This document shows, one piece after another, positions 1 to 13,045 of a stretch of DNA of 64,000 nucleotides. The notes under the pieces are model-generated. The model had not been told where the DNA came from. It ran no database searches and saw only the letters and a program-made list of their open reading frames with translations. Each line of letters opens with the position of its first letter. Positions within the stretch are counted from its first letter, which is position 1. The stretch lies in the NCBI GenBank assembly GCA_951406725.2, contig OX597826.1, positions 48,980,001 to 49,044,000 of the forward strand. The letters are read 5' to 3'. A program made the translations under genes and the position numbers. This stretch comes from Octopus vulgaris (Eukaryota).

Positions 1-182
1 TTTTTAACCATAGTTTTCTATTTTTTGGGCTTTTGCTTCATCAGTACCTGTGGTTCATATTGCATTCTACTAAACAGTACATTGGGCAAGTTTCTTCTAT
101 TACAAGCAAGAGCAAACCAATACTTTGTGAGTAGAACTTTTTGTACAGAAACTGTTCAATAGCCCATTGAATATATTATTTT

Positions 183-344
183 GGCGTAGGAGTGGCTGTG
201 TGGTAAGTAGCTTGCTTACCAACCACATGGTTCCAGGTTCAGTCCCACTGCATGGCATCTTGGGCAAGTGTCTTCTACTATAGCCTCAGGACAACCAAAG
301 CCTTGTGAGTAGATTTGGTAGATGGAAACTGAAAGAAGCACATC

Positions 345-429
<85 letters not shown>

Positions 430-637
430 TGTGTTTGTGTTTGTCCCCTCAACATCTCTTGACAACTGATGCTGGAGTGTTTATGCCTCCATAACTTAGC
501 AGTTCAGCAAAAGAGACTAATAGAATAAGTACTGGGCTTACAAAGAATAAGTCCTGGGGTTGATTTGCTCGACTAAATGCGGTGCTCCAGCATGGCCGCA
601 GTCAAATGACTGAAACAAGTAGAAGAGTAAAAGAGAG
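183..637 (+). mobile_element. tRNA-derived SINE family A, full-length copy with internal (GT)n
   Basis: Head with A-box-like TGGCTGTGTGG and B-box-like GGTTCAGTCCC; central microsatellite; tail GGTGCTCCAGCATGGCCGCAGTCAAATGACTGAAACAAGTA. About 20 related full or partial copies in the window. Confidence 0.9.
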
Positions 638-639
638 TT

Positions 640-830
640 GAATTCCAATCCTATTGAGATCAAATTTTCCTTTCATCTTCCTGAGGTACCAGTTCAGAAG
701 CAGGGATTGACAGAATTGTTAGAGGCATATGATATCTATTCTGGTTCTTTGCATTCCAAGTTCAAATCCAACTGACATCAACTTTACATCTCATCCTCAT
801 GGGGCCCAAAATAAAATACCAATTAAGGAC
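640..830 (+). mobile_element. Decayed family B SINE fragments
   Basis: Degenerate GTTCAAATCC...CAACTTT...TCATCCT...AAAATACCA segments matching family B. Confidence 0.55.
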
Positions 831-1408
831 AACAGACTGGTGGAATTGTCAGAGTTTTTGTCTGTTGCATTGTGGTATCTGGTTTGATTCTTTGCCTTGT
901 GAGCTCAAATCATGCCCCATTACTGAAAAATGGCGACGTCTCTGTCTGTAGTTGGGACCAATAGATGATATCAGTAATTTGAAAAATCCAATGGTTTTGA
1001 TTGAAAGATCAACTGCCACTTTTACCACCAACAACACACTCCACATGTATTTGTGCATGTGTGTGTGTGTGTGTGTGTGCACACATGTGAGAGAGAGAGT
1101 TTGTTGTTCTTTAAGACACTTGTATGTGCGTGTTTATGAGTTTGATAGGACACCACCAGTTAAGACGTGACCGATAGTACCAAAAGGATCAGAAATCTAA
1201 TCAATAACAAATAGATCAATAAAAAAAAATGGATCACCTGAGTGAAGCAGGTATGGGGCTCAATGCAATAGGGTGCTCGAGCATGGCTATAATCCAAAGG
1301 ACTAAAATCAGGAAAAGAATAAGAGCTTGTAAGTGGGTGTATAAAGCTGTTTGTAGGTCAGTATGTGTAATCTTTTATAGGTCAATGTATATAATCAATT
1401 CCGGATCA

Positions 1409-1536
<128 letters not shown>

Positions 1537-1990
1537 ATCACAATGAGGATATTTAAACCTACATTAATTAATTTAATTAATTTGTATCCATTAGATCTCT
1601 TTGTTTTCTAACTCAATAATGATATACATATATGAGTAAAAAAGAGAGACAGACAGACAGAGAAAAGGAAAATGTCCCTTGCATTTGAAAACTATGGAAA
1701 TATTTTTTAAAAAACATTTCATTTAATTTTTCCACAATTTATTTGTTTTTCATGCTTTACTCTATGTTCCAAAATTTCGCAAAGACTATAACCGGTACTA
1801 AAATATTCTTCATGATAAAATTACTTTAGCATTTTCTAATTTGTCTTGTTTTCCTGCTCACAATATACGGACACAGATGATGTGTTGGTAGCCAGTTGGA
1901 AAAGATGTTTTCCTGAGGCTAAACAGTAGTAACATTGTCCTAAGAAGGACTGCCACTTTGCATTGGTAAATAGACTTTACTACATATACA

Positions 1991-2044
<54 letters not shown>

Positions 2045-2047
<3 letters not shown>

Positions 2048-2426
2048 AAGCACTCCATCGGTTACGACGACGAGGGTTCCGGTTGATCCGATCAACGGAA
2101 CAGCCTGCTCGTGAAATTAACGTGCATGTGGCTGAGCACTTCACAGACATGCGTACCCTCAACGTAGTTCTCAAGGAGATTCAGTGTAATACAGAGCGTG
2201 ACAAGGCTGGCCCTTTGAAATACAGGTACAACAGAAACAGGAAGTAAGAGTGAGAGAAAGTTGTGGTGAAAGAGTACAGCAGGGATCACCACCATCTCTG
2301 CCGGAGCCTCGAGGAGCTTTAGGTGTTTTCACTCAATAAACACTCACAACGCCCTGTCTGGGAATCGAAATCGCGATCCTACAACCGCGAGTCCGCTGCC
2401 CTAACCACTGGACCATTGCACCTCCA
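2045..2426 (-). mobile_element. tRNA-derived SINE family D
   Basis: Minus-strand head GGAGGTGCAATGGTCCAGTGGTTAGGGCAGCGGACTCGCGG...GGTTTCGATTCCC-like (A and B boxes); 3' half shared with 44897-45075; flanked by (TA)n. Confidence 0.85.
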
Positions 2427-2467
<41 letters not shown>

Positions 2468-2549
2468 CAAAATAATAAATAAAACATATGCATATATACA
2501 TATATATATGTATGTACCCACATCTATATGTATATATACATGCATATAT

Positions 2550-2790
2550 GGGTACAGGACACCAAAGAAACGTCGGATGCAATGAAAACCGAAAACATAA
2601 AACCAAAACCATGGAAACGGACATTTTTTTAAACGATGTAAAAACAGAGTACAAAACATACAACACAAGGAAAATTCCCCTTCTTCAGCCGCCCCTGCTT
2701 CGTCTACTCCGTGTTTCGAAGGTAAGGGCGAGACACGACTTCTGAACTACAAAAGAAACATTGCACTGTAAAAAAGTGTTACAAAGACGA
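2550..2790 (-). mobile_element. Putative Penelope-like terminal-repeat fragment with hammerhead half-cores
   Basis: Related to 44290-44560; minus strand has CGAAAC-ACGGA-GTA followed by CTGAAGA; starts next to a (TA)-rich tract. Confidence 0.45.
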
Positions 2791-3039
2791 TATTGAGATT
2801 ATATGGATTTTATCACGTTTCTAGGTAATTTGACATCAGGAAGATATCACTGACCCACAACACAACCCTCTTTTCAAAAAAAAAAAAATGGATTACCTGT
2901 AGGATTCAAAGTCGCTCACTTTTCATGAACATGGTAATGCTTGCAAATGTATCTTTATGAAAAGTATGATGTTGACTCATAGGGAATAAAAGGCACCCAA
3001 ATTTACCGGCTTGTCATTTATTTCCTGAACACAGCAAGC

Positions 3040-3968
3040 ATGCCAAGACTGACACAGAATCAGAGGGAGCAAGCCATCGGAAGTGTCCATGCTGGTCAAT
3101 GTCCATGGGTTGACTTGAACTGCAGTATTCAGACAATTGAGTGGATGAGGGAATGGTACAATACCACAAACAGCATGGATGTTCGTCCATGCAGTGAACG
3201 AGGGTTACAGCAGCACTGACAGCACTTGCAGGATAGATTCTGGAGGGCAACAGAATAAGCTAGGCAGACCATAGGAACTCACCACAGACCCATCTGGTTA
3301 GGGGCCACATCCTTACAGATCGTCATCGACGGGCACATCTGCAGTGGGCTCAAAAGTGTCAGAACTGGCGATATAAGCAGTGGAGGACTGTAGTCTTCTC
3401 TGACTAAAAGTCAATATTGCATTTCTGTGGCAAATGGCAGAGCTAGGGTTTGGAGAAGAAGGGGTGGACGTCATGCTGATGGCTGTGTGGTGGAGAGAGA
3501 CTCATGGGGAGGACAGAGCATCATGGTATGGGGCAGGATTGCACTCAACTCGAAACTTAGACCAGTGGTCTTCCAAAACATTGGCCAAGGCCAAGGCAAT
3601 GGTGTAACCACTGCTTGCTACATTGACCAAGTGTTGAGGCCTCACATTGTGTCATACTTTGTCCATCATTGGAATCCCATATTCCAATACAACAACGCCC
3701 ATACCCATATTGCCAGGTTGACAACAGACTTCCTGCAACAGCACAACTCCAGTCCGGAGTTGAACACCATAGAGCACCTGTGGGACGAGATGCAAAGAAG
3801 GCTAGAAATGATGTCTCTCCAAGGCTGAAAACTGCAGTACAACTCACGGCAAGTTTTAACAGAGTGTGGGCTGCTATCCACATGGCCTTCATTAATCATT
3901 TGGTGCATTCAATGTACAGAAGATGCCTGGTCGTAATTAATGCTAACAGTGGTCACACGAGATGTTGA
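3040..3968 (+). pseudogene. Tc1/mariner (DD34E-type) transposase pseudogene
   Basis: MPRLTQNQREQAIG start; WRTVVFSD*; GGQSIMVWG; IFQYNNAHTH (decayed FQQDNAxPH); SPELNTIEHLW; SMYRRCLVVINANSGHTRC* terminus; stops and frameshifts. Confidence 0.92.
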
Positions 3969-4013
3969 GTTCATCTCTTTGGATCCAGGACACTCTGTCA
4001 TCACAGTGTGTGT

Positions 4014-4064
<51 letters not shown>

Positions 4065-4183
4065 CGTGTGTGTGAGTATGTCTGTGTCTGTGTGTGTGTG
4101 CGCATGTGTGTTAATGTCTATGTGAGTGTGTGTGTCAGTGTGTGTATGTGTGTGTGTGTCTGTGTCTGTGTCTCTGTGTGTGT

Positions 4184-4232
<49 letters not shown>

Positions 4233-4246
4233 TGTGTGTTAATGTC

Positions 4247-4455
4247 TATGTTTGTCCCCCACCACTGCTGGACAACTGGTGCTTGTATGTTTACATCTCT
4301 GTAACTTAGCAGTTCAGCAAAAGAGATCAAAAGAATAAATACCAGGCTTGAAAAAACAATGCACTCTTGAGCTAATTTCTTCGACTAAAACCCTTCAAGG
4401 TGGTGCCCCAGCATGGGCGCAATCAAAAACACTGAAACAAGTAAAAGATAAAAGA
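4247..4455 (+). mobile_element. SINE family A, 3' half
   Basis: TTTGTCCCCCACCACTGCT...GGTGCCCCAGCATGG...CTGAAACAAGTAAAAGA after a (GT)n tract. Confidence 0.85.
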
Positions 4456-4609
4456 TATATTTGTAGATTAGAGTATGTACATGTGTGTGTGTGTGTGTGT
4501 GTCTGTGTCTGTGCGTGCGTGCGTGTGTGTGTGAGTGTGTGTGTATGTGTGTAAAATGATGGACGATAGATTGGCACAATGTTAGAATTTCAGGACATGA
4601 TGCACGGAG

Positions 4610-4887
4610 CGCCACCCCGACTGGCCTCCGTGCCGGTGGCACGTAAAAAGCACCATCCAACCGTGGCCGTTTGCCAGCTCCGTCTGGCACCTGTGCCGAT
4701 GGCATGTAAAAAACACCCACTACACTCATGGAGTGGTTAACGTTAGGAAGGGCATCCAGCTGTAGAAACATTGTCAGATTAGACTGGGCCTTGTGCAGCC
4801 TTCTGGCTTCCCAGACTCCAGTTGAACCGTCCAACCCATGCTAGCATGGAAAGTGGACGTTAAACGATGATGATGAGGATGATGATG
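4610..4887 (+). mobile_element. RTE-related SINE family C with (GAT)n tail
   Basis: Repeated GTGCCGGTGGCACGTAAAAAGCACC units, TTAGGAAGGGCATCCAGCTGTAGAAA motif, end GGACGTTAAACGATGATG. Confidence 0.85.
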
Positions 4888-5331
4888 CCTTACCTCGTTT
4901 GTTTCAGCTCAGATTATCCTAAGAATCAAATACCACGAACACATCACTAGAACAAAAAGTTATTGATGTGAGAGGTCCTTAGGCAAGTATCAACACCAAC
5001 ACACCACATGGCAGGAGAGAATTCAAGTGGACAGTGAAGTCCTTTGCACTCTAAGAAGGAGGCACGTATATAAATATATAAGCGCCTGTTCGGTCTACAT
5101 CGATTTGATGGAGAGAGTGAGGTGAGGTGCAACACAAACATTGGATCTTTATAAACAAATCATTTGTGCGTGTCATTCAGCAAAAACTCAGCACTTTACA
5201 CCATCTTCAATGAGAGAGCCCAACATATACATAGACATACATACATGCATATATATATATATATATATATACATATATATTCACATACATATGTACTTAT
5301 ACACATTTACATTTATAATAGCTTATATACT

Positions 5332-5403
5332 AGAGTAAGCACATAGATGTGAAACAAGGTGGAAAAAATAGTACTCAAATACCAGAGGTAGAGTAATATG
5401 CTT
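5332..5403 (-). mobile_element. Tail fragment of PLE-like family P1
   Basis: ATGTGAAACAAGGTGGAAAAAA.AGTACTCAAATACCAG matches 16001-16075 and 31780-31850; between (TA)n tracts. Confidence 0.7.
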
Positions 5404-5459
5404 GCTTATATATATACACATGTGATATAGATATGCATGTATATACATGTATAGGTATG

Positions 5460-5591
<132 letters not shown>

Positions 5592-5609
5592 TATATATAT
5601 ATATGCATG

Positions 5610-5642
<33 letters not shown>

Positions 5643-5712
5643 GTATGTATATAAGAATAGGGAATGATACATATCACTATAAATATATCTATAAATGTAT
5701 TTATAACAACAA

Positions 5713-5754
<42 letters not shown>

Positions 5755-6339
5755 TTGTGTCAATACAAATATGTATACAATACATGTCTATATATATATA
5801 TGTATGTATGTACATATATATACTTATATGTATATACGCATGTATGTATAAATATATACGTATGTATGTATGATCAGCTACAGCTATAGGTATGTGTATG
5901 TGTACATACAATAATAAAAGAGCTTTTAATGTTATATCGTTGCTACACATATTCACATGTACACACATGCATACACAAACACACACAAACACACACACAT
6001 ATACACACACCTACACAGATACACACACACACGCGCGCACACATATATACATAAGCTGGCAGACAAAGCATTGATGCAATCAATTATATTGAATAGTAAG
6101 AGAAAATGCTATGATAAACACCAACAAAAGACAATGGAATTATTAAAAAAAAAAGTACAGTCACCCTTTTTTGTTATTTTGTATCTGATCTTACTGATCT
6201 TTTAACATCTGATACCTGGCAGTATGAAAACTAATTACAGGTAGAGCGGAGGTGGAACGGAGGTGGCGCAGTTCATCAGGTAGGGGCAGCGACAGTCGGG
6301 GGGGGGGGGAGAGCAGAGAAAAGAATTGTGGAGAGTGAT

Positions 6340-6605
6340 GGTTGTGGTGGTGGCGGTGGTGGTGGTGGCAGTGGTGGTGGTGGTGATGGTGGTGGTAGTG
6401 GTGGTGGTGGTGGTGGTGGTGGTAGTGGCGGTGGTGGTGATGGTGGTGGTAGTGGCGGTGGTGGTAGTGGTGGTAGTGGTGGTGGTAGTGGCGGTGGTGG
6501 TGGTGGTGGTAGTGGCGGTGGTGGTGGTGGTAGTGGCAGTGGTGGTGGTGGCGTAGGCGGTGGTGGTGGTAGTGGCGGCGGTGGTGGTTATGGTGGTGGT
6601 GGTGG
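6340..6605. repeat. (GGT)n/(GGTGGTAGT)n low-complexity tract within a G-rich block
   Basis: Direct inspection; explains the poly-Gly, poly-Val and poly-His ORFs. Confidence 0.95.
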
Positions 6606-6867
6606 GACAATAGCTGGGAAGTATTATACTGAGTGGCGGGGGGGGGGGGGGGCGGTTTGGGTTTGGGTTTGAGTTTGGGTTAAATGAAATGGCAGAGGGG
6701 TACTACTGGTTGTGTACCGGGTTGTGTGGTATGGTAGGGTGTGTGTACATGTGTATGTGTGGGGGGATGGGGAGATTTGCGATGATTTGGGTGGGGTAGA
6801 GTGGGGCGGGGTGAGGTGGGGGGGTGTCAGTAATAGTGTCAGTAGAGAAAGTAGTCGGAGGGTGGGA

Positions 6868-6942
6868 AGGGGACGTCAGTTAATTAATGAGTAAACACCA
6901 CTCAAGTTAAATAGATGCCTAAATAGATAAACAAATATGCAT
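6868..6942. promoter_or_regulatory. Candidate enhancer motif cluster
   Basis: GACGTCA (CRE-like), TAATTAA (homeodomain), GTAAACA and TAAACAAA (forkhead), CCACTCAAG (NK2-like) in about 70 bp of non-repetitive sequence. Confidence 0.35.
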
Positions 6943-7230
6943 TTGTCTACATATATATATGTATATATATATACATATAGATGTATATATATATATATAC
7001 ATATAGAAGATGTATATACATATATATATACACACACACACACATATATATTTATATAATTATCTTTTAAAGTCGTTTATGGGAAACGTTTTGAATATGC
7101 AAATAAAACTCCAATCCTATTATGCCGGTCACCGTCTAATGATGTTGATTAGTGAGTCTGAGCCAGTTTTTCAGGGTTTCATCAAGTTGTACCAATACAA
7201 TGCTATTATTGTTATTATTAGGATATATAC

Positions 7231-7269
<39 letters not shown>

Positions 7270-7281
7270 CACACATATACC

Positions 7282-7507
7282 CTTTTACTTGTTTCAGTCA
7301 TTTGACTGTGGCCATGTTGGAGCACTACCTTTAGTTGAACAAATCAAGCCCCAGGACTTATATTTTTGTAAGTTTAGTACTTACTCTATCAGTCTCTTTT
7401 GCCGAACCGGTAAGTTACGGGGGACATAAACGCACCAATATCGGTTGTCAAGCGATGGTGGGGAAACAAAGACAGACACACAAACACACACATATAAATA
7501 AATATAC

Positions 7508-7562
<55 letters not shown>

Positions 7563-7859
7563 GATGGTTTGTTGCCTGTGGCAGTCCCAGTAAAGAGAAG
7601 AATGCTACTGCTATTTAGCCTCAGGAAACTCCGTTCCCAGTTGGCTATGTGACACAAGTGTACTATGTCCTTGTGCTTTCAAACACAGGAGATAAGCACC
7701 TTCACCCAGCAAGAACAGCGACTAGAGAACAGGAAGCTAGTTTCGGAGTCATTGCTCTTCATCAGTCTGGGACTGCCACATTAAGTTGGCAAGAAACCGT
7801 CATTTTATCATGCTGTATAAATCGCTCAGAAAGATTTAGAAATGTAATATTTCTAGTTT

Positions 7860-7898
<39 letters not shown>

Positions 7899-8065
7899 AC
7901 AACTGGCTTCTTTCAGTTTCTGTCTACCAAATCCACACGCAAGGCTTTGTCTGGCCCGATGTTATAGTAGAAAACACTTGCTCAAGGTGCCATACTGTGG
8001 GACTGAGCCCAGAACCATGTGGTTGGGAAGCAAGCTTCTTACCACACAGCCACTCCTGCACCTAC
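7282..8065 (-). mobile_element. SINE family A split by a ~300-bp insertion in its central microsatellite
   Basis: 3' half at 7282-7495, 5' half at 7900-8065; the intervening 7563-7700 resembles 1860-1960 in opposite orientation. Confidence 0.75.
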
Positions 8066-8364
8066 ATGCTTGTTCATACTTTTCTGTATTATGTCTGGGT
8101 TTTTTTTTCTGCTAACAAGAGTACCTGAATTTATTGTCGAAGTTATCTTTTATTGCTGGATGTCCTTTCTGTTGCTAACCTTTACCTCTTTTCTCAAGTA
8201 AGGAATCCATTACTCCTTCCATCATCAAAGGCATGAAGGGAGCAAATGATGGTTAATTGAAAGGGTTTGCACCAAAAAAATTTCAGTTGTAATTCACATT
8301 TCTAGAGCATAAAATAAAATAACATTGATGTGCATACATACACAGACACACAAGTATCTGTCTG

Positions 8365-8480
<116 letters not shown>

Positions 8481-8524
8481 GATATATATATACACACACA
8501 CACACAGATGTATATATATGATCT

Positions 8525-8795
8525 CTTTCACAACATCTTTCACTCATGAATAGCCATGGGATTGCACCTAAAAAGTAACCCTCTAATACACATGTCCATG
8601 CATGCCAGCCTCCCCACATCACACCACCAATGTTATCCAAGGGAAAGCCAAAAGCCAATAAATTGACAATGTAACTGAAACAACATAAAATAAAGTGTCT
8701 TGCTCAAGGACACAACACACAGCCTGATCTGGAAATCGAACTCAGTGCCTCATGATTGTGAGCCGATACTCTAACCACTGAGTCATTTGATTTCA
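8525..8795 (-). mobile_element. tRNA-head SINE (same family as 39130-39463)
   Basis: CCATGGGATTGCACCTA.AAAGT tail; CTTGCTCAAGGACACAAC body; TCGAACTC and CTAACCACTGAG head boxes. Confidence 0.75.
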
Positions 8796-8823
8796 CATGT
8801 AATACACACACGCACACACACAC

Positions 8824-8904
<81 letters not shown>

Positions 8905-9161
8905 ACATACATGTATGTATTTATGTATGTATATATGTGTGTGTTGTGTAGGTATGTATGTATGGTTGAATGAGTGCCTGTTAATAACTTAATTACATTG
9001 ATTTCTATTCTTCATTAACACTTAATCACAATCGGGGACGACAGGAACATCTGATATGCTAATTGTCAAATATACCAATTATTTCAAACAATTAGAAACA
9101 AAGACAAAAGCAAACAATGAATGGAAAAGTCTAAAAAGAATTAATGAATATATATATATAT

Positions 9162-9307
9162 AGGTGCAGGAGTGGCTGTGTGGTAGGTAGCTTGTTTACC
9201 AACCACATGGTTCTGGGCTCAGTCCCACTGTGTGGAAAGTGTCTTCCACTATAGCCCCGGGTTGACCAAAGCCTTGTCAGTGGACAGGAACTGAAAGAAG
9301 CCCATCG

Positions 9308-9342
<35 letters not shown>

Positions 9343-9741
9343 ATGTTTCTGTGTCCGTGTCTCTTCCTCCCACCATCGCTTGTGTTTATGTCCCCATAAC
9401 TTAGCAGTTTAGCAAAACAGACTGATAGAATAAGTACTAGGCTTACAAGGAATAAGTCCTGGGGTTGATTTGTTCAACTAAAGGTAGTGCTCCAGCATGG
9501 CCGCAATAAAATGACTGAAACAAATAAAAGAATAAAAAAGAATGCAGGAATGGCTGTATAGTAAGAAGCTTGCTTCACAACCACATGATTCTGGGTTCAG
9601 TCCCACTGTGTGGCACCTTGGGCAAGTGTCTTCTACAAAACCCTTGGGCTGACCAAAGCCTTGTGAATGGTTTTAGTAGACAGAAACAGAAAGAAGCACG
9701 TCATATACATATGTATGTGTGCATATATATATATTATTTAC

Positions 9742-9809
<68 letters not shown>

Positions 9810-10005
9810 ATGTATTTGTCCCCCCGCCATTGCTTGAGAACTGATGCTGGTGTGTGTACATCTCCGTAACTTAGCGATTTGGTGAAAGAGACCAATAGAA
9901 TAAGTACAAGGCTTCCAAAGACTAAGTCCTGTTCAACTAAAAGCAGTGCTCCAGCATTGCCGTAGTCAAATGACTGAAACAGGTAAAAGAAAAAAGAAAA
10001 AAACA
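9162..10005 (+). mobile_element. Two tandem SINE family A copies (9162-9540, 9543-10005)
   Basis: Both show head, central microsatellite and tail. Confidence 0.88.
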
Positions 10006-10214
10006 AGAGATAGATAAATTGATAAATAAATATATAGTTAGGGAGAGGAGAAGAGATGGTAGGATATAACTATAAATGAACCAAATAGGGAGGGAGATTT
10101 AGAAAGATGTGTGTGTATATATATATTTATGTATGTATGTATATATATATACATACAGAGAAAGAGAGAGGGAAGGCGTATCAAAGTAAGTGAGCTGAAT
10201 ATATATATATATAT

Positions 10215-10565
10215 ATCATCATCATCATCATCATCATTTAGCATCCGCTTTCCATGCTAGCATGGGTTGGACGGTTCAACTGGGGTCTGGGAAGCCCGAA
10301 GGCTGCACCAGGCCCAGTCTGATCTGGCAGTGTTTCTACGGCTGGATGCCCTTCCTAATGCCAACCACTCCGTGAGTGTAGTGGGTGCTTCTTACATGCC
10401 ACCAGCACAGGTGCCAGACGGGGCTGGCAAACGGCCACGGTCAGATGGTGCTTTTTACGTGCTTCCGGCACGGGGGCCAGGCGAGACTGGCAATGGCCAC
10501 GATCGGATGGCGCTTTTTACGTGCCACCGGCACGGGGGCCAGGCGAGGCTGGCAATGGCCACGAA
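10215..10565 (-). mobile_element. SINE family C with three head units
   Basis: (CAT)n then CCGCTTTCCATGCTAGCATGGGTTGGACGG...GGATGCCCTTCCTAA; explains the recurring MDGSTGVWEARR pseudo-ORF. Confidence 0.88.
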
Positions 10566-10881
10566 TGGATATATTATATATATTAATAGATAGATAGGTA
10601 GAGAGTGAAGGCGAGAGAGAGAGAGAGAGAGAGAGGATATTTAAACAGCAAATGAAATTAATTAGTCATTGTAATGAGAAAAATTTACCTAATTGTGTTA
10701 GACACAATTAATTAAAACTACCTTTAGAACATAAAAGTCTCTCTGACTATCTCTCTCCTCTTTGTCTCTCTCTCTTCCCTCTCTCCATTCTCTCCTCTTT
10801 TCCTTTTTCTCTCTGTCTCTCCCTCGTTCTGTTGTTTTAATAATGTGAATATATATATATATTTATTTTTGTGCGTGTGTT

Positions 10882-10914
<33 letters not shown>

Positions 10915-11277
10915 CGTCATCGTTAGATAGTCATGTTTTGTACAAATGTAATTAGCCAGATGTGACATTAGCTTTTTCTTTATTCCACCACAGTACCACC
11001 ACCACCACCACCACCTCTCCTTTACACACACACATGCACACGCACACACACACACACGCGCACATAAATACACAACCACATAAACAAAAGAAAACAAGAA
11101 CACACACACGCACACACATCTACATATTTGTGTGTGTATGTGGGTATATATAGGATGGCAAAGATTTGAATAGGTGTAAGCGCACACATATGCTCACATA
11201 TAAACATGCACACACATGTACACACACAATTTGTACCTGAAACTGTGTGAAATATAGAAACAAACATAAAGTGACAA

Positions 11278-11935
11278 CCTGGCAGAATCGTTAGCACACT
11301 CAGCAAATACTGTGTGGCGTTTTATTTGTTTTTACGTTCGGAGTTCAATTTCCACCGAAGTCGGCTTTACCTTTTATCTCTTCAGGGTCGATAGAATAAG
11401 TACCAGTTGAGTACTGGGGTTGATGTTATCAACTCACCTCCTCACATAAATTTCAAGCCTTGATTCTATAATAGAAAGCATTGTTAATTATTATTCAAGG
11501 AGACAAGGCGGCTAGCTGGCAGAATTATTAGCACGCTTGGAGAAATGCTTAGTGGTATTTCACCTGCTGCTACGATCTGAGTTCAAATTCTGCTGAGGTC
11601 AACTTTGCTATTCATCCTTTCAGGTTTGATAAATTAAGTACCAGTGAAACACTGGGGTTGATCTAATCAACTAGAACCCTCCCAACAAATTTGAGGTCTT
11701 GTGCTACCAGTAGAAAGGATTATTATTCAAGGCGCCAAGCTGGCAGAATCGTTAGCACACCAGGTAAAAATGCTTTGCAGTATTTCCTCAGTCTTTATGT
11801 TCTGGGTTCAAATTCCACCGAAGTCAGCTTTGCCTTTTAGCTTTTCAGGGACAATAAAATAAATACCTATTTCTTTACAGACAGACAAAATGCTGCTAAG
11901 TATTTTGTCCAGTGTGCTAATGATTTAATAATAAT

Positions 11936-11968
<33 letters not shown>

Positions 11969-12360
11969 TCTTATTTCTTTATTGCCCACAAGGGGCTAAA
12001 CATAGAGAGGACAAACAAGGACAGACAAACGGATTAAGTAGATTATATCGACCCCAGCGCATAACTGGTACTTATTTAATCGACCCCGAAAGGATGAAAG
12101 GCAAACTCGACCTTGGCGGAATTTGGACTCAGAATGTAGCGGCAGACGAAATACCGCTAAGCATTTCGCCCGGCATGCTAACGTTTCTACCAGCTCGCCG
12201 CCTTAATAAAATAAATACCGGTTAAGCAGTGGGATTGATGTTATCAACTCACCTCTTCCTTGAAATCTCAGGCCTTGTGTCTATAATAGAAAAAATTGTT
12301 ATTATATTATTCAAGGTGGCGAGACGGCAGAATTGTTGGCACATAGGGAAAAGTGCTTAT
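11278..12360. mobile_element. Cluster of family B SINEs (MetaSINE-like central domain) in both orientations; full copy 11968-12203 (-)
   Basis: GGCGAGCTGG.AGAA.CGTTAGCA head, GAGTTCAAATTC B box, CTTTGCCTTTCATCCTTTCGGGGTCGAT.AA.TAAGTACCAG domain; in (TAA)n. Confidence 0.85.
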
Positions 12361-12659
12361 GATAATCGACTATAATAATATTCTTGTGTTTTTCTCTGTC
12401 ACAACATATGAGTGAGAAAGGAAGGGATGATAGATGAATAAAGAAGGAAGGGGTGATGGCAAACTGATAGTGTGAGTATATGTGTGTGTATGTAAAAGGG
12501 AGGTATGTGAATGTTTGTGTGTGTGTGTGTGTGTAAGTGTGTGCAATGGAAGTGGGATGGTGAAAATTCAATGTTGAAAAGAAAAATCAAACAGCGTTTC
12601 AACCCTGTGTGAGTATATGTGTGTATATGCGTGCATGTACAAAGGAAGCATGCTCTTTG

Positions 12660-13045
12660 TTCTTTTACTTGTTTCAGTCATTTGACTGTGGCCATGCTGG
12701 ATCACTGCCTTTAGTCGAGCAAATCAACCCCAGGACTTATTCTTTGTAAGCCTAGTACTTATTCTATCGGTCTCTTCAGCCAAACCACTAAGTTATGGGG
12801 ATGTAAACACACCAGCATCGGTTGTCAAGTGATGTTGGGGGCAGGGGGGACAAACACAGACACACAAACATACACACACACATATATACATATATACAAC
12901 GGGCTTCTTTCAGTTTCCATCTACCAAATCCACTCACAAGGCTTTGGTCAGCCTGAGGCTATAGTAGAAGACTCTTGCCCAAGGTGCCAAGCAGTGGGAC
13001 TGAACCCAGAACCATCTGATGGGTAAGCAAGTTACTTACTACACG
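12660..13045 (-). mobile_element. SINE family A, near full length
   Basis: Reverse complement of the 183-637 pattern. Confidence 0.88.

Noticed and set aside
2355-2426. Functional tRNA genes at SINE heads
   Set aside because: A/B boxes are present, but there is no acceptor stem or terminator and they run directly into repeat bodies
4920-5226. Solo LTR
   Set aside because: Ends in CAACA and has a TATA-like box, but no second copy, TG start or target-site duplication could be confirmed
6205-6260. miR-8 precursor hairpin
   Set aside because: Only TACCTG/CAGGTA pairs well; no exact mature sequence and no long stem
6328-6672. Gly-rich or His-rich structural protein
   Set aside because: (GGT)n tract is open in multiple frames; no signal peptide or exon boundaries
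10267-10593. Recurring MDGSTGVWEARR protein family
   Set aside because: Antisense reading of SINE family C copies, with TTG starts and variable frameshifts
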